64,000 bases of DNA from Hyphomicrobiales bacterium (GTDB lineage Bacteria > Pseudomonadota > Alphaproteobacteria > Rhizobiales > Xanthobacteraceae). The translations under genes and the position numbers were made by a program. This document shows, piece after piece, positions 58,521 to 64,000 of the stretch. The notes under the pieces are model-generated. The model searched no databases, was not told the DNA's origin, and saw only the letters and a program-made list of their open reading frames with translations. How positions within the stretch are numbered: the stretch's first letter is position 1; each line of letters starts with the position of its first letter. The stretch spans positions 15 through 64,014 of the forward strand of contig JAFAUQ010000007.1 in the NCBI GenBank assembly GCA_019243195.1, read 5' to 3'.

Positions 58521-59745
58521 ACGCCTTGTGATCGATCGGCTCGGTCACCGCGGCGATGGCATCGCCGACACGCCCGATGGACCGCTCTACGTGCCCTATG
58601 TGCTTCCGGGCGAGACCGTCGAAGTCGAGCGGGTCCCGGGCCATGCGGACCGCCGCCATGCGCTGCGGGTCGAGGTTGAAAGTGCGGAACGCATTGCGCC
58701 GATTTGTCCGCATTTTGGCGTGTGCGGTGGTTGCGCGCTTCAGCACTGGGACACGGTGCATTACCGCGCCTGGAAACGTGGTCTCGTGGTTGCGGCGCTG
58801 GCGCAGGCCGGCCTCGACGCGCATGTGGAACAGCTTATCGATGCTCATGGCGCCGGCCGCAGGCGCGCGGTGTTCCACGCCCGGCGCAGCCACGACGTTT
58901 TGCAGGTCGGCTTCGCCGCTTACCGCGCGCATCACATCGTGCCGATCGACCGCTGCCCGGTCTTGGCGCCTGAGCTTTTGGGCGCGATCAAGGCCGCGTG
59001 GGCACTCGCCGAGGCGCTGCGGCCGCAACGCAAGCCGCTCGACATTCACGTCACCGCGAGCGAGCCCGGTCTCGACGTCGACATACGCGGCTCGGGGCCG
59101 CTGACCCCGGACGTCGGGGCGCGGCTTGCACAGCTTGCGCGACCTCATCGGCTGGCGCGGCTCACGCGTCACGGCGAACTGATCGCGCAACACGCACAAC
59201 CAACCCTGCGTATCGGACGGGCCCGCGTGGCGCTCCCGCCCGGCGCGTTCCTGCAGGCGACCGCCGAAGGCGAGGCCGTGCTGGCGCGACTTGTTGCCGG
59301 TCATGTTGGCCATGCCAACACGGTCGCCGACCTGTTCGCCGGCGTCGGCCCGTTTGCGCTGCGTCTTGCCGAACGCTCACGCGTTCACGCCGTGGACAAC
59401 GACGCGGCGGCGATTGCGGGGCTGCGCCAAGCCGCGGGGGTGCCGGGGATCAAGCCGATCGAGACGCAGGTACGCGATCTCTTCCGTCGGCCGCTGATAG
59501 CGGCGGAACTCGCGCCATTCGATGCGGTGGTGTTCGATCCGCCGCGTCAGGGCGCGCAAGCACAGGCGCGGGCGCTCGCCGAATCAAAGGTGCCGGTGGT
59601 GGTCGCAGTCTCCTGCAATCCCGCGACATTCGCGCGCGATGCCCGCCTCCTCGTCGACGGCGGCTATCGTCTGGTCGCCGCCACGCCGGTCGACCAGTTC
59701 CGCTACTCCGCCCACGTGGAAATCGTCGCGCATTTTGCGCGGTGA
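58513..59745 (+). CDS. class I SAM-dependent RNA (uracil-5)-methyltransferase family (RumA/TrmA-like)
   Basis: [14 protein letters not shown] Fe-S motif, [29 protein letters not shown]; GTG start overlaps the tlyA stop. Confidence 0.85.
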   Translation: MVERLVIDRLGHRGDGIADTPDGPLYVPYVLPGETVEVERVPGHADRRHALRVEVESAERIAPICPHFGVCGGCALQHWDTVHYRAWKRGLVVAALAQAGLDAHVEQLIDAHGAGRRRAVFHARRSHDVLQVGFAAYRAHHIVPIDRCPVLAPELLGAIKAAWALAEALRPQRKPLDIHVTASEPGLDVDIRGSGPLTPDVGARLAQLARPHRLARLTRHGELIAQHAQPTLRIGRARVALPPGAFLQATAEGEAVLARLVAGHVGHANTVADLFAGVGPFALRLAERSRVHAVDNDAAAIAGLRQAAGVPGIKPIETQVRDLFRRPLIAAELAPFDAVVFDPPRQGAQAQARALAESKVPVVVAVSCNPATFARDARLLVDGGYRLVAATPVDQFRYSAHVEIVAHFAR

Positions 59746-59761
59746 TTTGTCAGATTCGGGT

Positions 59762-60628
59762 TCACCGCATATCGAGCCCGTTGCCCCAGCGCTGCTGCCA
59801 CATCCGCTCGCCGATGGTGCAGGAGATGCGCGGCGTCTGCGAAGCCGCCGGCACAATGCGCACGGCTGGTGTCCGGCCCGCGACCTCGAGCACCAGCTTG
59901 GTGCGCACCGCGTCCTTGAATTTTTCGCGCTCCTTGATCGGCACCACGAAGGCGCCGGGGCCGCCGATGACGCAGTCCTCGTAATAGATGTCGAGGTCCT
60001 CGATATCGATCGAGCCCGGTTGGGGTTTCTTGAGCATGATCGGCAACCCGTTGACAGTGATGCCGTTGGCGACGACATCCTCCCGCGTGGGGACGATGAG
60101 CGGCCCCTCGTTGTTGGTGCCGTCGCCGGAGACGTCGATCACGCGCCGGATGCCGCGGTGTCCGCTGCTCTCGAACAAGCGCGACCCAAACAAAAGGGCG
60201 CCCGCAATCGAAGTTCGATAGGCGCGGCGGTAAGGGGCACGCTCGATTTCCTCTGCGACCGCCCGCGCGGCGGTGGGCCCATCGATCAGCCGCCACGGCA
60301 GCACGATTTTCTGATCATTGGCGTTCGCCCATTCGAAATAGGTCAGGGCGATCCGGCCATAGATGCCGGCTTTGAGCGCCGTGAGAAATTCCGGCGAGGT
60401 CAGCGCTGTGACGTATCCCTCGCGCTGCAGTGCCTGTTCGTCGGGGTCCATGGAATAGGACACGTCGACGGCAAGAACGAGCTCCACGTCGACGTCGTCG
60501 GCCGCAGCCGAGGGCAGCGCTCGTTCGGCCGCCACTGCCGGGAACGCCGGCGCGTCATGCAGGCGCGGGGCGAAAGCCATCAGCGCCCCAGACAGAGCCA
60601 CGATCGCCACGCCGATCCGCCGGGACAT
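59762..60628 (-). CDS. DUF1194 (vWA-like) secreted protein
   Basis: Signal peptide; ELVLAVDVSYSMDPDEQALQREGY...YFEWAN...VIDVSGDGTNN. Confidence 0.8.
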   Translation of the reverse strand: MSRRIGVAIVALSGALMAFAPRLHDAPAFPAVAAERALPSAAADDVDVELVLAVDVSYSMDPDEQALQREGYVTALTSPEFLTALKAGIYGRIALTYFEWANANDQKIVLPWRLIDGPTAARAVAEEIERAPYRRAYRTSIAGALLFGSRLFESSGHRGIRRVIDVSGDGTNNEGPLIVPTREDVVANGITVNGLPIMLKKPQPGSIDIEDLDIYYEDCVIGGPGAFVVPIKEREKFKDAVRTKLVLEVAGRTPAVRIVPAASQTPRISCTIGERMWQQRWGNGLDMR

Positions 60629-60831
60629 TCGATCCTCCGCCAGCCGACCAAAGGTGGGCTGTAGAGCCAACGCGAACAAGCCCGGACTTTTGGCGATGCC
60701 GCGCTTGCCCCCGTGCCGCCCCAATCAGGACCTAAGGCTCCTTTAACCAGAAATAGTCTGAGTGGGGGCTATGCTGGTCTGCGCTGCGCGTGGGGACGCG
60801 CGGCGCTCGGGGCGGGAATGGGGGATGGATC

Positions 60832-61449
60832 GTGGGGGATTTTTCCGCGCGCGAGGTCATTGATCGCCGCATGATGGCCCGTTGCATCGAGCTGTCCCGC
60901 AAGGGGGCAGCGGCGGGCGAGCGTCCTTTCGGCAGCGTGGTTGCCCGCGGGCCGGAAATTCTCGCCGAATCGGCAAACTGCACCGAGCGCGACGGCGACG
61001 TCTCGCGTCACGCAGAAATCGTCGCCATCGCCCAGGCACAGAAGATGCTCGGCGGCGCCAAGCTCGCGGAGTGCACCCTTTATACGAACGTCGAGCCTTG
61101 CCCGATGTGCGCCTTCTGCATTCGGGAGGCGGGTATCGGGCGGGTCGTATTCGCGCTCGGGTCTCCGGTTATGGGCGGATTGTCGCGCTGGAACGTGCTG
61201 CGCGACGACACACTCTCGGACGGGATCCCGTTCGTATTTGGTGCGGTTCCCGAAGTGGTAAGCGGCGTCCTCGCCGAAGAGGCGGGCGAAGCCTGGCGCG
61301 AATGGAATGCGCTTGCCTGGCATGTGATCAGGTTGCGCGGCTTCATGGTCGCGCCGGATACGGCCGAGGCGCGGGTCCTTCGCGGCCACCGCCCGCGACC
61401 TCTGCGCCACCTCATGCGCAGCCTGTTCCGGCCGGTCCAATCGGCCTGA
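60832..61449 (+). CDS. CMP/dCMP-type zinc deaminase (nucleoside/tRNA-adenosine deaminase-like)
   Basis: HAEIVAI and PCPMCAFC zinc motifs; start uncertain (60790 GTG, 60832 GTG or 60871 ATG). Confidence 0.75.
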   Translation: MGDFSAREVIDRRMMARCIELSRKGAAAGERPFGSVVARGPEILAESANCTERDGDVSRHAEIVAIAQAQKMLGGAKLAECTLYTNVEPCPMCAFCIREAGIGRVVFALGSPVMGGLSRWNVLRDDTLSDGIPFVFGAVPEVVSGVLAEEAGEAWREWNALAWHVIRLRGFMVAPDTAEARVLRGHRPRPLRHLMRSLFRPVQSA

Positions 61450-61758
61450 AGTCCGGCCGCGGCGGATCGCCTCGGTAAATCCGACAACTTATCCCGAATA
61501 GCGCCGGTTCAGGGCTCCGGTCCCGCGTCGATTAACCACTGCCCATCAAGCACTTACACCTTGGTATAGCCACCCCTGGACGGGGTGGTTCCGGCCGCCG
61601 ATGTGTGCTCAAATGGGATTCCGACCGTGTGGCCCGGCAGGCACACCTGCGCCAATTCTTCTGCTGCGGAACCCCGCTCGCAAATGGGACGTTGCGGCTT
61701 GGGGCGTTTCTAAGACATATAACGGAACGAACGGTCCGAAAACGCGACGGTAAAGCTC

Positions 61759-63693
61759 ATGTTGTTGCAAAATCGGCTTATCGACGAAGTTAACACGCCC
61801 GACGAACTGCGCCGGCTTCCGGAAAGCGATCTGCGTCAGTTTGCGGACGAACTGCGCGAAGAGACCATCAGCGCGGTGTCGGTGACCGGCGGCCACCTTG
61901 GCGCGGGCTTGGGCGTGGTCGAGCTGACGGTGGCGCTCCATTATGTCTTCGACACGCCGCACGACCGGCTCATCTGGGACGTCGGGCATCAAGCCTATCC
62001 GCACAAAATCATCACGGGGCGACGCGACCGCATTCGCACCATACGCCAGGGCGGCGGCCTCTCCGGTTTCACCAAGCGCGCGGAAAGCGAATACGACCCC
62101 TTCGGCGCCGCGCACGCCTCCACCTCCATTTCGGCCGGACTGGGGATGGCGGTCGCGCGCGATCTCGCCGGCAAGACCAACAATGTCATTTGCGTGATCG
62201 GCGACGGCGCCATGTCAGCCGGCATGGCGTACGAGGCGCTGAACAACGCCGGTGCGCGCCGCGAGCGCCTGATCGTCATCCTAAACGATAACGACATGTC
62301 GATCGCACCGCCGGTGGGCGCCATGTCGGCCTACTTGGCGCGGCTCACGTCAGGTGACACTTATCGGTCGCTGCGCGAAATGGGCAGGCAATTGGCGCGC
62401 TACCTTCCGCCGTCGATTTACGAGAAGGCGCATCGGGCGGAGGAATACGCGCGGGGGCTGCTGACCGGCGGCACTTTGTTTGAAGAATTGGGCTTCTTTT
62501 ACGTGGGCCCGATCGACGGCCACAACCTCGATCACCTGCTGCCGGTGCTCAAGAACGTTCGCGACACGCAGAACGGCCCCATCCTGGTGCACGTCATCAC
62601 GCAGAAGGGCAAAGGGTATCCGCCAGCGGAAGGCTCCGCCGACAAATATCACGGCGTGGTGCCGTTCGACCTGGTCACGGGCAAGCAGGCCAAGGGTAAG
62701 AGTAACGCGCCGGCCTACACCAAGGTATTCGCGGAAAGCTTGGTGAAGGAGGCCCATAAGGACGACCGTATCGTTGCCATCAATGCCGCCATGCCGTCGG
62801 GCACCGGCCTCGACATTTTCGAGCGCGCGTTCCCCGACCGGACATTCGACGTCGGCATTGCCGAACAGCACGCAGTTACATTCGCGGCGGGGCTTGCGAC
62901 CGAGGGCTACAAGCCGTTCGCGGCGATCTACTCGACCTTCCTCCAGCGTGCGTACGACCAAGTGGTGCACGACGTTGCAATCCAGAAGCTGCCGGTTCGC
63001 TTTGCCATGGATCGTGCCGGGCTTGTCGGTGCCGACGGTCCGACCCACGCCGGTTCTTTCGACATCAACTATCTCGGCTGTCTGCCCGGGTTCGTCATCA
63101 TGGCGGCCGGCGATGAGGCTGAATTGGTGCACATGGTGGCGACGGCGGCGGCCTACGACGAGGGGCCGATCGCATTCCGCTATCCCCGTGGCGAGGGCAT
63201 GGGCGTCGATATGCCCGAGATTGGCGTGCCGCTCGAGATCGGCAAAGGCCGCATCGTGCGCGAGGGCACCAAGGTTGCGCTGCTCTCGCTCGGCACGCGG
63301 CTTGCGGAATGCCTCAAGGCGGCCGAGACGCTCAATGCGGCCGGGCTCTCGACGACGGTCGCGGATGCCCGCTTTGCGAAGCCGCTCGACGAAGATCTCA
63401 TCGTTCGTCTGGCGCGCGAGCATGAAGTGCTCGTCACCGTCGAGGAGGGCTCGGTCGGCGGGTTCGGGGCGTTCGTCCTGCATCTCCTGGCCGAGCGAGG
63501 AATGCTCGATGCCGGACTGAAGGTCCGCACGATGACTTTGCCCGACCTGTTCCTCGATCAGGACAAGCCCGACCGCATGTATGCGCAGGCCGGCCTGCAG
63601 GCGGCCGACATCGCGGTGAAAGCCATGGCGGCGCTCGGGATCACCGGCACCGAAGCCATCGGCTGGCTCGCCAGCGGCGCCCGGAGCCGGTGA
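61759..63693 (+). CDS. dxs: 1-deoxy-D-xylulose-5-phosphate synthase
   Basis: [63 protein letters not shown]. Confidence 0.95.
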   Translation: MLLQNRLIDEVNTPDELRRLPESDLRQFADELREETISAVSVTGGHLGAGLGVVELTVALHYVFDTPHDRLIWDVGHQAYPHKIITGRRDRIRTIRQGGGLSGFTKRAESEYDPFGAAHASTSISAGLGMAVARDLAGKTNNVICVIGDGAMSAGMAYEALNNAGARRERLIVILNDNDMSIAPPVGAMSAYLARLTSGDTYRSLREMGRQLARYLPPSIYEKAHRAEEYARGLLTGGTLFEELGFFYVGPIDGHNLDHLLPVLKNVRDTQNGPILVHVITQKGKGYPPAEGSADKYHGVVPFDLVTGKQAKGKSNAPAYTKVFAESLVKEAHKDDRIVAINAAMPSGTGLDIFERAFPDRTFDVGIAEQHAVTFAAGLATEGYKPFAAIYSTFLQRAYDQVVHDVAIQKLPVRFAMDRAGLVGADGPTHAGSFDINYLGCLPGFVIMAAGDEAELVHMVATAAAYDEGPIAFRYPRGEGMGVDMPEIGVPLEIGKGRIVREGTKVALLSLGTRLAECLKAAETLNAAGLSTTVADARFAKPLDEDLIVRLAREHEVLVTVEEGSVGGFGAFVLHLLAERGMLDAGLKVRTMTLPDLFLDQDKPDRMYAQAGLQAADIAVKAMAALGITGTEAIGWLASGARSR

Positions 63694-63701
63694 ACAGCCG
63701 C

Positions 63702-64000
63702 ATGCGCGTCATTCTCGCCCAGCCTCGCGGCTTCTGCGCCGGCGTCGTGCGCGCGATCGAAATCGTCGAGCGCGCGCTCGAGAAGAACGGCGCGCCGGTC
63801 TATGTGCGCCATGAGATCGTTCACAACAAATACGTGGTCGAGAGCCTCAAGGCCAAGGGCGCGCGCTTCGTCGAGAACATCGACGACGTTCCGCCCGGAG
63901 CCATCACCGTGTTCAGCGCCCACGACGTATCGAAGGCGGTCGAGCAGGAGGCGGCGGCGCGCAGGCTGCCGGTGCTCGATGCGACCTGTCCGCTGGTCAC
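63702..64000 (+). CDS. ispH: 4-hydroxy-3-methylbut-2-enyl diphosphate reductase (5' part, runs off window)
   Basis: My translation from ATG 63702: [46 protein letters not shown]...DATCPLV (IspH/LytB N-terminus). Absent from the ORF track because it is open-ended. Confidence 0.85.
   Translation, partial: MRVILAQPRGFCAGVVRAIEIVERALEKNGAPVYVRHEIVHNKYVVESLKAKGARFVENIDDVPPGAITVFSAHDVSKAVEQEAAARRLPVLDATCPLV

Overview
High-GC alphaproteobacterial chromosome segment. Gene content and repeat families (tandem DUF2336, DUF1194, bfd-bfr with ICE-like boxes, 'tgtagcccggatgagc...' palindromic repeats) suggest Bradyrhizobiaceae-like Rhizobiales; this is inference. I call about 60 protein genes. By eye I found no rRNA, tRNA, CRISPR array, integrase or transposase. 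Most of the window is housekeeping: glyS, ppdK, nadA-nadC, bfd-bfr, tag, ygfZ, SRAP, Sua5/TsaC, xseB, argE, tlyA, dxs-ispH. The stand-out region is about 12.1-26.6 kb. Its visibly lower-GC left edge holds a probably truncated Toprim/primase-like gene. Next comes a compact twelve-gene cassette (14303-26506) dominated by peptide/protein-modifying enzymes: one radical-SAM/SPASM enzyme with an N-terminal PqqD/RRE-like domain, two B12-binding radical SAM enzymes with non-canonical Cys motifs, and two '2OG-oxygenase + PhyH' gene pairs, one of whose 2OG members has lost its His ligands. It also encodes a JmjC/cupin-4 hydroxylase, a PhnZ-like HD-domain protein coupled to a PhyH protein, a short GT29/sialyltransferase-like protein and an aldo/keto reductase. 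An unannotated 88-aa (or 44-aa) ORF lies between the SPASM enzyme and a B12-rSAM. It has a very basic N-terminus and a Cys/Pro/Gly-rich C-terminus, and I propose it as the substrate/precursor. I interpret the cassette as an uncharacterised RiPP-like or small-protein modification system. No protease, exporter or regulator is visible in it. Other points worth a second look are a single low-GC orphan gene (37118-38818) inserted among core genes, a 330-bp block of nested palindromic repeats (56186-56509), and a 610-bp non-coding gap with 35-bp direct repeats (45598-46208). There are also several REP-like repeat families and ICE/Irr-like boxes upstream of bfd-bfr. All domain calls rest on motif recognition by eye, with no database search. 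Many start codons are uncertain, because the ORF track uses ATG/GTG/TTG and the longest frame.
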